Virus record (IMG/VR): IMGVR_UViG_3300034069_000822
From: a virus
Length of the DNA: 64,000 bases
Strand: one strand, 5' to 3'
Shown here: piece by piece, positions 27,588 through 37,003 of the stretch
Position numbering within the stretch: position 1 is the stretch's first letter
How the letters are laid out: the number at the start of each line of letters is the position of its first letter
Made by a program: the position numbers and the translations under genes
Notes under the pieces: generated by a model
What the model was told of the DNA's origin: nothing
Database searches by the model: none
The model's input: only the letters and a program-made list of their open reading frames with translations

Positions 27588-28634
27588 TCAAACGCCCAAT
27601 AGCTGCGCTACTGCCGCTGGGTATCTAATGACCGCACCCCAACTACCCGCCGTCTTCTTCTGCTTCCAGGCCGAGAGCTCGCGAACGATGGCATGATCCC
27701 GGGATTTTTCATTGAAGGAGCAGAAGCCGGTGTCCTGACCGTCGAAACGATCGGCGATGAGCTGGACGACATTGCCGGCACCGGTGGCATAGCGCGGCGA
27801 GGTCTTCACCTTCAGCTTGGGGAAGTTCTTGGCCAGAAGATCGGTGACATTGACGCCGAACGAGTTGGTCGAGGTCATGGCCACGGCAGAGCCCGGAGGC
27901 AGCGCCAGGGTCATGTCATCAGTCGCCTCAACACGGCCGGCGGTCTGTGCCACCAACTTGTTGAAGATGGCCTGGATGTCCGCGAACACTTCATTGGCCG
28001 TGGCATTGATGACGCCGGCGCCCGTGATCCAGGTCACGCCACCCGCTGCCTTCGTGGCCGGGGTCAGCGGAGCCGACAGGGCCGGATCATTGAGCAGGCC
28101 ATAGTTCTGCAGACCAGCAACACCGTTGTGATAGGTGTAATCCTGGAACTTGCTCAGCGTTAGTGCGGCCGACATCTGCTTTTCAGCAACCCAGTTCAGC
28201 TTTGCCGTCGCCATGCGAGCCTGTTCAAGATCGCCATATTCGATGATGGTCTGGAACAGATAGGACTGGCGCTGCGGGAACGTGGCATTCGCGTCCGACA
28301 TGCCGACATTGTTCTGGTCGCCGTAGCTGGACACCTCACCGGTGTTTTCCACGACGAGGAACATGGCTGTCTGGGTCGTCCAGTCGCCTTCCTTGCGTTC
28401 GCCGAGGATGTCAGCGCCCTTGTTGGGAGACTGAAGAACCCGGATCACTTCCGGATCGACATAGGTCGTGAACAGCGCCGGGACACCGCTGGAGCCGGGA
28501 CCAACGGCGAGCGTCGGCTGGGCATCCAGTGCGACCTGATAGTTTCGCTTGTAATCGAGCGGAAGGTAGTCCTGAGCGAGGACGACAATACCCCAGTCCT
28601 GCTCAAGGCGGGTGAAATCAACGTGCTTGATCAT
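27588..28634 (-). CDS. Major capsid protein (DUF2184-like)
   Basis: G.W......F...E.TG....YGD, GVAGLQNYGLLNDP, FNEK.R.H...Q.K..G.WG..IR.P. Confidence 0.9.
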   Translation of the reverse strand: MIKHVDFTRLEQDWGIVVLAQDYLPLDYKRNYQVALDAQPTLAVGPGSSGVPALFTTYVDPEVIRVLQSPNKGADILGERKEGDWTTQTAMFLVVENTGEVSSYGDQNNVGMSDANATFPQRQSYLFQTIIEYGDLEQARMATAKLNWVAEKQMSAALTLSKFQDYTYHNGVAGLQNYGLLNDPALSAPLTPATKAAGGVTWITGAGVINATANEVFADIQAIFNKLVAQTAGRVEATDDMTLALPPGSAVAMTSTNSFGVNVTDLLAKNFPKLKVKTSPRYATGAGNVVQLIADRFDGQDTGFCSFNEKSRDHAIVRELSAWKQKKTAGSWGAVIRYPAAVAQLLGV

Positions 28635-28645
28635 GGCTGCCTCGC

Positions 28646-29146
28646 TTAGATCGTGTCGGTCATTTTGATGAGTTCCGACGCAGCACCAGCGGTGGCCGCA
28701 TAGAACTTGGTCTCGATGCTGCCGGCGACAGTGGCGCCAGCGGCTGCGAAGGAGATCACACCAGTCGTGAGATTGGCGAACGCCTTCATGCCGACCGTGG
28801 CCGCACCGGCGCCGGCATTGTTCACCCAGACATCACCGCCGTTGATGATATCGCCGGCCGGGAAGCCGGATGGGATCGTGTTGCCGAACTCGGTCAGATA
28901 CGTCGTGATGATGGCCTGTTCGGTCCGGATCACGATACCAGTGGGCAAACCCGAACCGGTGTTGTTCAGGAGCCGCGGAACGCCATTGGTGTCATTGGCC
29001 GTCCATGCGAACAGACCGACGGTGACGCCATTGGCACCGGCGCAAAAGCCGCCTTCCACGGTAAGAGCCGAATGGCGCGGATTGACGGAGGCGACCTGAC
29101 CGGCAACGGCCGGCGCCTGGGTGAGATTGACCTGCCTCTGGAACAT
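28646..29146 (-). CDS. Head decoration/cement protein
   Basis: FQRQVN..QAPAVAG..AS.NP; lies between scaffold and capsid. Confidence 0.8.
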   Translation of the reverse strand: MFQRQVNLTQAPAVAGQVASVNPRHSALTVEGGFCAGANGVTVGLFAWTANDTNGVPRLLNNTGSGLPTGIVIRTEQAIITTYLTEFGNTIPSGFPAGDIINGGDVWVNNAGAGAATVGMKAFANLTTGVISFAAAGATVAGSIETKFYAATAGAASELIKMTDTI

Positions 29147-29158
29147 TGCTGGATCTCC

Positions 29159-30904
29159 TTACTTGAGGCGGCCGGCGTTCGGGAAACGCTGCGAATAAGC
29201 GTCCTGAGCGGCGGCATCCATGGCAGTGGTGACGGGAGCGGCGGAAGTCGAAGGCACGGGGAGAGCCTTCAACAGGGAGCGATATGCCGAGGGGTGAAGA
29301 CCCGCGATATCGATCTTCATGGCATCCAGGGCGTGACGATAGACCTTGTCGGCGCTGTCGCAGGCCACGGCGATTTTGCCGACGTAGGGGCGAACCTCGT
29401 CCTCGGCGATGCGGATGTCGTTGAACTGTTTCCGAACACGCTTCTCGACGGCTTCGGCAGAGGTTCGGATCGCTTCATCCATGGCGGACTTGCTGACCTT
29501 CTCCTCCTTGTCGTCCTCATCATCCTCGTCTTCGGCGACTTCCTCGCCGTCGTCCTTGGCGCCCTTGGCCTTTTCGTCTTCTTCTTCGTCCTCGGCCTTC
29601 TTGTCTTCATGCTCCTCGTCTTCGCCGCGAGGCTCCATTTCGTCCTGGGCGATGAGCGTCTTGATCACCTCGTCGATATTGGCGTCTGCCGCCAGTTTAC
29701 CGTCGAGGGCAGTTTTGAACGCCGCGACCCTCGCCGCGCGCGCCTTTGCTTTCGGCGAAGTCGCCATTGTGATGTTCTCCATGGGACGTGGGGTGAGTGC
29801 GCTATCTTGGACAAGAACGTCCGGGCCTGCGCGGCCCTGCTCAACGAGGGCTAAATGATTACCCCCGATGTCTCTCATCGTGCCGTCAAAAGCTTCCCCA
29901 TCCGGCGTAGTGCCCGGTGTCATATCCGGGCGGTATCGATACCCGGCTGAAAGCTCTCGTTGTTCGTCGGTCTCGATCAACTCGATTGCCTTGCCATCCC
30001 ACACCGTCAACGGCGCGGTGAGATAGGGCGCGTCGAAGCTGACCGGGCTTCCGATTGTGCCGACGGTTAGTTCCTTGGGATGATCATCGGCGTTGACCGG
30101 CTTGTGGCGGATCAAGAGCGGCTTGCCCTCAAAGCTCGACGCGGCACGCGCCAGTTCCTTGGGATCACGATACAGCCGGTAGATGTGCTCTGGATCGAGG
30201 CCAAGCCGTTCGAAATCTGGAACCTCACGGCCATAGTATGGGTTGACCACCGCCTTGCTAATCGGGGTCCGCTCGACGTGGAGGTGGCCGTCGGCATCGA
30301 TCGAGCGAACCGTGGCCCGGTCCAACGCGATGCAATCCTGCGCACCCTTCACGCGATCCAACCAGTTGTCATCGATTTCCTCGAAGACCTCGGGTCCGAA
30401 TTCCAAGGGGCCGTCATATGGCGCGACCTTGGTCAGATCGACGCCCGCTCCGAAATAGGTAATCGTGACGTGCGGCCTATATTGCGGCCAATCCCAAGAT
30501 GCGCCGCCGTCCTCAAAGGTGCGGTGGCGTTCCGCGAGTTCGTCACTCTGAAACAGAAGGCAGACCGCTCCCTTGTCACCAAGCTCCTCGACCGATCGGG
30601 GGCCGAGGATGGCGACGGCAGTGTTCTCGCGCGGCTTGAACCGGTCCCAATCGACCGGCTCGTTGCTGTAGGCCACTGTCACATGGAGATCGTCGGCCTT
30701 CAGCGTCTCGTCGAAGCCCTGCAGGATCGCCCATGCCAGGAATTCACGGGTGTTCAGCAACGAGCGGCGAACATAGAGCGGGCGTGCTTCGGCCGCGTCC
30801 TTTCCAACGAACTCTTCGCCAACGGCCCTTGGGATGCCGAGCGTAGATTTGCCAGCGGCGGCGGCAAACATCGCCTTCCGCTGAGCCTCAGAGACAGCCG
30901 GCAT
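29159..30904 (-). CDS. DUF2213 prohead protease/scaffold with an N-terminal Acb1-like 2H phosphodiesterase domain
   Basis: DUF2213 core (R..D.DG.L.V, ELSAGY, NHLALV..GRAG) from aa ~195; two HxT motifs LHVTVAYS (aa 74) and PHVTITY (aa 145); acidic scaffold tail. Confidence 0.85.
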   Translation of the reverse strand: MPAVSEAQRKAMFAAAAGKSTLGIPRAVGEEFVGKDAAEARPLYVRRSLLNTREFLAWAILQGFDETLKADDLHVTVAYSNEPVDWDRFKPRENTAVAILGPRSVEELGDKGAVCLLFQSDELAERHRTFEDGGASWDWPQYRPHVTITYFGAGVDLTKVAPYDGPLEFGPEVFEEIDDNWLDRVKGAQDCIALDRATVRSIDADGHLHVERTPISKAVVNPYYGREVPDFERLGLDPEHIYRLYRDPKELARAASSFEGKPLLIRHKPVNADDHPKELTVGTIGSPVSFDAPYLTAPLTVWDGKAIELIETDEQRELSAGYRYRPDMTPGTTPDGEAFDGTMRDIGGNHLALVEQGRAGPDVLVQDSALTPRPMENITMATSPKAKARAARVAAFKTALDGKLAADANIDEVIKTLIAQDEMEPRGEDEEHEDKKAEDEEEDEKAKGAKDDGEEVAEDEDDEDDKEEKVSKSAMDEAIRTSAEAVEKRVRKQFNDIRIAEDEVRPYVGKIAVACDSADKVYRHALDAMKIDIAGLHPSAYRSLLKALPVPSTSAAPVTTAMDAAAQDAYSQRFPNAGRLK

Positions 30905-31134
30905 AGAATTCTCGCAGTGTTAGGAGTGCGGTCTATTCGACCGTGAGACGCAAGCGGTCGAGTATCCAACGCGCCAATCTGTCGTAGTCGGCTTCTGAAG
31001 GTTGCCAACCGAAGAGAGCACAAAGCTTCCAGAAGACCATGCGGGCCCGTAGTTTCGCCCGGAGCGCCAATGGCACGGCTATTCGGATTTCGCTGACAAT
31101 CATCACGAAACCCTCTTTTCACTCGGCGTCTGGG

Positions 31135-31329
31135 CTACCAGCCCATCGCGACAGCGGACCAAATGGCGAAACAAATGCCAAAGATCATGATCATGCCAGG
31201 ACTGCGGAACGAGCCACCGGGCAGATCGTAGTTTGTTCGACGATCGATGGAGCGCATTACCTTCAAGGCGCGGGCCCTTTCAGCCGGGTCTTTTGGAAGA
31301 ACCGGTGGGGGCGATGCAATCAATCCCAT
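31135..31329 (-). CDS. Small membrane protein, 64 aa
   Basis: TGATG coupling to the upstream gene; C-terminal TM. Confidence 0.55.
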   Translation of the reverse strand: MGLIASPPPVLPKDPAERARALKVMRSIDRRTNYDLPGGSFRSPGMIMIFGICFAIWSAVAMGW

Positions 31330-32156
31330 CACGAAAATCCCTTGATCACCGGCCTGCCGACGCATCTGCAGTTGATCAGTTCGCCGGGCTGAATGAATTG
31401 CTTCACAGCGGGATCGTACCAACCTTTCGAAACCTGATAGCGTGTCTTTTCGCGCCCGGCCTTCAGATGTGTATGGCGGGGCTCCCTGGCGGCACCGCTG
31501 TGCGTCCAGATGGCCTCGTCGATCCCGACTTCCTGCAACCTGACCCGATTGAAAGCCGCCGTAGCCTTGTTGTTCTGATCCAAGGATATAAACGCGGCCC
31601 GGCGCTTGGTGACGCCCAGCCTTGTCTCCAGATCGGACGCCAGTTGCCCGAGATCGCGGCCGGTCTGCACCGATCGCATCACCATTCCCTCGACCTGGTC
31701 CAGATACTGGGCGGGGATCGATTTGATCAGGGCAACATTCTGGTGAACCGTGGCGTCGACAACATCCCGCATCACCGGCGTCATCTTGAACTCGACCGAC
31801 ATGCCGCCGTCGCGAAGAATCTTCTTCAGCGCCGCGGTGGATCGTTTCTCAACCGATTGCGCGAAGTAGGCTGCCAAGTTCTCGGCTGCGGTATCGAACT
31901 TCTTCAGCCACTGCGCCGAAAGTTGTTTCATGGTGCGCCGAAGCACATCCGCCGGCGTCTCGTCCATTGCAACACGTGGCTCGTTCGCTCGATACGACGC
32001 CTTGACCCAGTACATCACACTGACGTGCATGGCCTCGACGAGACGATCAAGCTTCTTCCGGTATGCTTCAGCGATCCCGACGTTTGGTCGAACCGGGCGA
32101 AGCACCTTTTCCGTCTTGCTCCGGGGCGCTCGCTTCCGGCTTTGCAGGCTCGACAT
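31329..32156 (-). CDS. Minor head morphogenesis protein (SPP1 gp7/Mu gpF family)
   Basis: LIKSIP.QY, RA..I..DQ..K, W.HS....PR..H, PGELINCRC. Confidence 0.88.
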   Translation of the reverse strand: MSSLQSRKRAPRSKTEKVLRPVRPNVGIAEAYRKKLDRLVEAMHVSVMYWVKASYRANEPRVAMDETPADVLRRTMKQLSAQWLKKFDTAAENLAAYFAQSVEKRSTAALKKILRDGGMSVEFKMTPVMRDVVDATVHQNVALIKSIPAQYLDQVEGMVMRSVQTGRDLGQLASDLETRLGVTKRRAAFISLDQNNKATAAFNRVRLQEVGIDEAIWTHSGAAREPRHTHLKAGREKTRYQVSKGWYDPAVKQFIQPGELINCRCVGRPVIKGFS

Positions 32157-32234
32157 CGCGATCCTTCAGCGTATCAGCGATTGGCCGATCTTTCGGCGTT
32201 CTCGCGTTGATGACATCCCAGAGATCAAGCTTGA

Positions 32235-33800
32235 TCACGCCGCGGCCTTTTTCCCGTCGTCGAATAGCCCATTTATAGGATGGCCGCCCTTCGGCTCAAG
32301 GCCTTCTTCCTCCTCAATGAGGAGGTCCGGCACTTCGTCCGGATCGAGGTTTTGATACATGCTGTCTGGATCGCTTGCTAGGCTACTGCGCGCTTCCTCT
32401 GGCGAGACAACACCGGAATCGATATCAATCTGGCGGGTTTCGGCCTTCGTCTTCTCGACTTCAGCCAGGCCCTTCTCGTCGAGAGACCACAGCGGCTCGA
32501 ATTCGAAATCGATGCCATCGTCGGTTTCACCCCACAGCGAAAGCATCACCAAACCTAAGAGGGCATGCAAGTTCTGGCGATAAAGGTCCTCCTGGAAGCT
32601 GTGTGTCCAGTCATAAAACGACCGCAACTCACCTTCCGACGATGCGTTCAGGCCCGCCGGCTGGACGCCGAGCAGCTTCACCGTTGGGATATGGCTAACG
32701 GATGCCATATGCTCCTGTGATTGAGCCTGGAGCGCGTCGAGGCCACTGAGTGGCGACGAGACATTCTCGAACTCCTCCGCCTCTTTGTCGATCATCAGCA
32801 AACCGCGATTGGATCGCGTATTGTTGAACATCGCCGCGCGGGCCAGCATGCTGTCAGCCGAACCACCGCTCAGAACGGCATCCATTCCTGTCTTCAGAAC
32901 GAACTGCGTAAACGACGTGATGATGTCGTTGACGCCCTGCCGAGTTTTCAACCAGTTCTCGACATAGGGATACGCCATCTGTGACAGCGAGATGCCCCCG
33001 AACGAATAGGCCGGTTTCAGCAGATCCGGCACCGGGCGGCCGATAAACGTCAGCAACCGTGTCTTGTGGACGCTCCTGCCCATCACGTTCCAGGATTGTG
33101 GGTCGTACCAGCCATCCTCAAAAGGATCGGCCGCATTGTAGCCCGTCGGGTATATCCAGACCGGCTCGATGAGCTTCAACTTCTTGATGCTGCCCTTTCC
33201 AATTTTGGCTGCCGAAACCTTGTCCCAGCCATCGCCGATACTCTTGGCCATCTCTTCGGGATTTTTGGAATCGCCGGTATCGATGCTGATATGAGCTCGC
33301 CCGAAGTACCCGTCGGTCTCGGCGACCTTTTTGAACACCGCCCTGACATTGAGGCGCTTGAACTCCGCCTCGAGTTCAGTGATCCGCTCAGCCTTGTCCT
33401 TCTCTTGGGCCTTATTCTTGGCCGTAAATCTGATCCAGCGGCGAGTGCATTCCCCGGCGATGATCTCCGACATCATCCGATATTCCGGACGCTGCGCGAG
33501 TTCGGCCAGGACCGGGTAGCCCATGAAGGCCGAACCCTGGTAGCCGAACGTTGCCGCAGCGCTGGCATAGGCATTGGCGGCCCAGCCGTTGATGCTGTCC
33601 ATCGCCGTATCCATGGCGATGGCTTTGTCATGCGTTCCAACCAACGGGGGATGGACTGCAGCCTTGAACGGCCGGACTTCCGCCTGAACGACGCGCGTCG
33701 CGGCAACAGCCTCCTGCGATACCTTCATGACCTGTTGAGCAGGTTGCGCCACCTCGGCCGTTACTATTTCGGCCTTCCGGCGCCAGAACCAAGACAACAT
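32235..33800 (-). CDS. Portal protein, DUF1073 family
   Basis: FMGYP.LAELAQ.PEYR, IP.VKLLG..P.GLNASSEGE.R.FYD. Confidence 0.9.
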   Translation of the reverse strand: MLSWFWRRKAEIVTAEVAQPAQQVMKVSQEAVAATRVVQAEVRPFKAAVHPPLVGTHDKAIAMDTAMDSINGWAANAYASAAATFGYQGSAFMGYPVLAELAQRPEYRMMSEIIAGECTRRWIRFTAKNKAQEKDKAERITELEAEFKRLNVRAVFKKVAETDGYFGRAHISIDTGDSKNPEEMAKSIGDGWDKVSAAKIGKGSIKKLKLIEPVWIYPTGYNAADPFEDGWYDPQSWNVMGRSVHKTRLLTFIGRPVPDLLKPAYSFGGISLSQMAYPYVENWLKTRQGVNDIITSFTQFVLKTGMDAVLSGGSADSMLARAAMFNNTRSNRGLLMIDKEAEEFENVSSPLSGLDALQAQSQEHMASVSHIPTVKLLGVQPAGLNASSEGELRSFYDWTHSFQEDLYRQNLHALLGLVMLSLWGETDDGIDFEFEPLWSLDEKGLAEVEKTKAETRQIDIDSGVVSPEEARSSLASDPDSMYQNLDPDEVPDLLIEEEEGLEPKGGHPINGLFDDGKKAAA

Positions 33801-33809
33801 GAAGCTTCC

Positions 33810-35273
33810 TCAGATTCCAGGCATTGCCGTCTGTGTCACCGCCGTCGGGCTGATGATCATCGGGCGCTTGGCATGCGAATTGTCCGCAGCGATCACAGCA
33901 TCCGCCAGGTTGTGAGACTTCACGCCCAGGTCCTTCTTGAGCTTCACCTTCGGCACGACCCGTTTTTTGCCCTCGGTTTCAACCCACCACGGCACGCATA
34001 GCTCGGTGAATAGTGCGTCGAGTTTGGCAACACCCATCCCCGAAGAGAACGATAGAACGTCCTCAGGCTTGATGGCGTGGCCCCGCGTCACCGCATTGAA
34101 CGTCAACATCGCGCGGCGAGCCGTGTTGGCCCACGCCTGTGCCTTGCGGTTCAGATACTCGTCCTTGTTGAGCGGGCTTTGCCGATTGTAGGGATCGCTC
34201 GGCTTATCAGGATCTTCCACCGCGCCGCCGGCATGGAATGCGTAGTGCTGAACCTTCGCTTGGTTTTCACGGTTCTGCTCATCGATGTAGCCACCGACGA
34301 AAGCACCCACACCGATCGTGTCGTAAGAGACTGTCGCTCCCATGAGTTTGGCTTTGGCCCAAACCCGCTTGGCGTTCTGAACAAGTTCATCCTTGCCAGA
34401 TGCCCAGTCTTCGGCGTCGAAGAATATGCCTCCGATCTTGTCGGCAGTGGCGCAATTATCCTCGCCGTCATCGGCAGGATCGAAGCCGATCGTATTCCGG
34501 CCGGTCAACGTGACATTCAGGACGGTATGCGCATCAACGCAGGCATCCAGCCAACGCCGCTTGAAGATCGAAAGCTCGCTATCGCCGAGTGGTACGCCAC
34601 CGTAAACGTGCTCGAACTTCTCAGGCTCGCGCTCTTGCATTGCCGCAATGTCGCGCTTGGCCTTGTCCGAGAGGAACGGGTTTTCCGAGTAGTCGATCTT
34701 GTGGACTAGGCAGTGCTCGGGGGTGCTTACAACGAAATTCTTCCACACATAGTCCGTAACGAATTTCGGATTGAAGAGCAGGATCGTGAGGCTGTCCTCT
34801 TTGCGGATCGTCGGCGCGATAACGACCCACTGCTCTTCCGTAAGTTTCTCCGCCTCCTCCACCCAAAGGATGTCGATGTCCGACGTGCCTTTGATGTCGT
34901 CGAGGTTTCGCTCGATCCCGTAGAAGATGAACTCGGAACCGGTCGCCTTGTGGACGATCGTCGTCTTCATGACGTCGAACGCGGCACTGAGCCCGAGATG
35001 ATTTATGGCCCACTTCAGTTCAGTGTAGACCGATTCCTGAATGCGATTCTGAAAGCGCCGGATGCAAAGAACGCGCATCTTGACAGTCAGGTGATTGATC
35101 AGCCTCACCAACTGGCAGGCGGTATCCCTCGTCTTCGAACTGGATCGACCACCGTGCAGGACAGCAATGTCGACGCTGCCGAGGAACACCTCTTCCCAAA
35201 AGTCATAAAGCGCCGGGTTGGTGAGGTGCGTGCTGTCCTCTAACTCTTCTCGCTGCGCAGCACGTCGCGCCAT
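33810..35273 (-). CDS. terL: Terminase large subunit (PBSX family)
   Basis: HGGRSSSKT Walker A, CIRRFQNRI.ESV, LWVEEA, FNP, GFDPAD. Confidence 0.93.
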   Translation of the reverse strand: MARRAAQREELEDSTHLTNPALYDFWEEVFLGSVDIAVLHGGRSSSKTRDTACQLVRLINHLTVKMRVLCIRRFQNRIQESVYTELKWAINHLGLSAAFDVMKTTIVHKATGSEFIFYGIERNLDDIKGTSDIDILWVEEAEKLTEEQWVVIAPTIRKEDSLTILLFNPKFVTDYVWKNFVVSTPEHCLVHKIDYSENPFLSDKAKRDIAAMQEREPEKFEHVYGGVPLGDSELSIFKRRWLDACVDAHTVLNVTLTGRNTIGFDPADDGEDNCATADKIGGIFFDAEDWASGKDELVQNAKRVWAKAKLMGATVSYDTIGVGAFVGGYIDEQNRENQAKVQHYAFHAGGAVEDPDKPSDPYNRQSPLNKDEYLNRKAQAWANTARRAMLTFNAVTRGHAIKPEDVLSFSSGMGVAKLDALFTELCVPWWVETEGKKRVVPKVKLKKDLGVKSHNLADAVIAADNSHAKRPMIISPTAVTQTAMPGI

Positions 35274-35641
35274 GTCCGGCTTTCTGTCTGGATCGGGCCA
35301 CCTTCTGGACCTGAGACCTCAGTCTTCGTCGGGGCATGACTGCCCTGCATCTTGTTGGCCTCAGCGATGGCAGAGACGGCCACTCGGGCGTCGTTCTTCT
35401 CGGCGGCATCGGAGATACGCTTGAGGGCCGCAAGCCTGTCCACGGCCGTCCATTCGGCTTTCTCGGCGACTCTTTCCTGCTTCTTTCGGATCAAATCCGC
35501 GATGTCAGGTTTCGTCAGGTTTTCGGACCCGACACTCCGCGCCGTCTTCTCGCTGTACCCAGCGCGTATCGCTGCCTGGGTAGCATTCAGATCCACTAGG
35601 TATTCCGCGACGAAGCGCTGCTGCTTGTCAGTGAGATTCAT
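35240..35641 (-). CDS. terS: Terminase small subunit
   Basis: LT.KQ..FV.EYL.DLNATQAAIRAGYS.KTA...G.ENL.KP. Confidence 0.93.
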   Translation of the reverse strand: MNLTDKQQRFVAEYLVDLNATQAAIRAGYSEKTARSVGSENLTKPDIADLIRKKQERVAEKAEWTAVDRLAALKRISDAAEKNDARVAVSAIAEANKMQGSHAPTKTEVSGPEGGPIQTESRTWRDVLRSEKS

Positions 35642-35762
35642 TTCACAATCTCGGGCCAGTGGATGCTGAAACCATCTCCCGCCTATAGGAACAAAAGGAG
35701 CGGCTGTTCCTGACAGAAAGCCATGTCCCGACTAATTAGCCTTGGAAAGGAGGGCACTCGAA

Positions 35763-35822
35763 ATGCGCGACGCACTGCTGGCAATCGCTTACGCGATCAT
35801 TGCCATTCTACATCTGATATGA
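35763..35822 (+). CDS. 19-aa hydrophobic micropeptide MRDALLAIAYAIIAILHLI
   Basis: AGGAGG at 35748-53, 9 nt upstream of the ATG. Confidence 0.5.
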   Translation: MRDALLAIAYAIIAILHLI

Positions 35823-35908
35823 CGAGCGAGCCGCCTCAGTTTACGCTGGGGCGGCATATCCTGTTCCTCAGCATCGCCAGTCTTCTTGCCTGTCTGCATC
35901 TAACCTGA
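35819..35908 (+). CDS. 29-aa hydrophobic micropeptide MTSEPPQFTLGRHILFLSIASLLACLHLT
   Basis: ATGA coupling to the 19-aa ORF; TM-like C-terminus. Confidence 0.4.
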   Translation: MTSEPPQFTLGRHILFLSIASLLACLHLT

Positions 35909-35953
35909 TCTATCTTTTGTCTACTTTAGAGGGGGCTGAAGTGCGCAAAGTCG

Positions 35954-36496
35954 ATGGATGAGAACGATTTTTTCATGACGATCCAAGGACAGTTTGTTGC
36001 AGGTGCGCAGCGCTATCTTACAGCCGCCCAAGTGCTGTGCGATTCAACGGAATGGAGAACGAGAGGCAGATTGCTGCAGACGCCGGCGTTACATCTGCTA
36101 GCGCACGGAGCCGAGTTACTTTTCAAATACCCACTCATACGCCATGGCGCGAACCAAGATGAAGTGCGGTCCACCTACGGGCACGATTTGTTGAAGCTGT
36201 GGTCGGCTGACGCCAATGAAATTCTTAGACGGGAATCGCTCCAAGCCGCTGAATTGGTTTGGTCGGCGGCAAGAGACGGCGGGAAATGGCCTAACGACGA
36301 CTTTTCGGAGAATCCTCGCGACGTTCTAGTTGGAGCATTAGGTGTTCTCTCCCACCTGCACGGCCGCTCCAGTTCATTTGCCCTGCGCTATATCATCCAG
36401 AAGGAAACTCGTGCACCAAGGCCGCCATTCCTGATTGAGGCCTTCGGGAGTATTGCCGAGCGCACATGCATGAACCCCGGCTTTCTCGATTACTAG
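35954..36496 (+). CDS. HEPN-like helical protein (moron)
   Basis: LLAHGAELLFK...GHDLLKLW...ALRY pattern. Confidence 0.55.
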   Translation: MDENDFFMTIQGQFVAGAQRYLTAAQVLCDSTEWRTRGRLLQTPALHLLAHGAELLFKYPLIRHGANQDEVRSTYGHDLLKLWSADANEILRRESLQAAELVWSAARDGGKWPNDDFSENPRDVLVGALGVLSHLHGRSSSFALRYIIQKETRAPRPPFLIEAFGSIAERTCMNPGFLDY

Positions 36497-36559
36497 ATGC
36501 CCCTAGGTGACGCCGTCTTGCCCTTTGCCAGTGCCTGGGCGAAGCTCTCATGACGGGCC

Positions 36560-36940
36560 TTGGGGAGAATGGGCATGGAGTTTTGGGTTCCGCTGGTATC
36601 AGCTTTGGCCGGCGCGCTGATCGGTTCCGCAACTTCCATCATCACGATATGGATTCAAGGCAGGAGAGATGAAAGGCGACACCTCCGCGAAAAGGCGGTT
36701 GAGCTCGCCCTTTCCGACTACAAGTACCGATCTGATGTGATCTCTAAGATAGGTGGCAGCCTCTATCCGATTTCACTTCACTTCGCCTACCACCTTGAAC
36801 TTCTCGAAGAGGCATCGAAGGGCAAACTGACACCAGAAGCGATGCAGCGGATTTCTGATAACCACACCGCGCTTCGCGATTTCATCGACCGAAGAGGACG
36901 AGAAGTATCTGATGCAGCAGCCCATCAAACGAAGAAGTAG
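36560..36940 (+). CDS. Membrane-anchored hypothetical protein (moron)
   Basis: N-terminal TM LVSALAGALIGSATSIITIWI. Confidence 0.75.
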   Translation: MGRMGMEFWVPLVSALAGALIGSATSIITIWIQGRRDERRHLREKAVELALSDYKYRSDVISKIGGSLYPISLHFAYHLELLEEASKGKLTPEAMQRISDNHTALRDFIDRRGREVSDAAAHQTKK

Positions 36941-37003
36941 AACGCCACCGCCGCTCTGAGCATTGCAGGGGGATCGTTACTGGCATGATGACCCCGCATT
37001 GGT

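Noticed and set aside
30905-31134. Coding or ncRNA element between the F-like gene and DUF2213
   Set aside because: Only one 7-bp hairpin (TCGACCG/CGGTCGA) and low-quality ORFs; insufficient support
30080-34709. Long plus-strand ORFs (30080-30946, 31233-32210, 33066-34001, 34077-34709)
   Set aside because: Antisense shadows of conserved head and packaging genes
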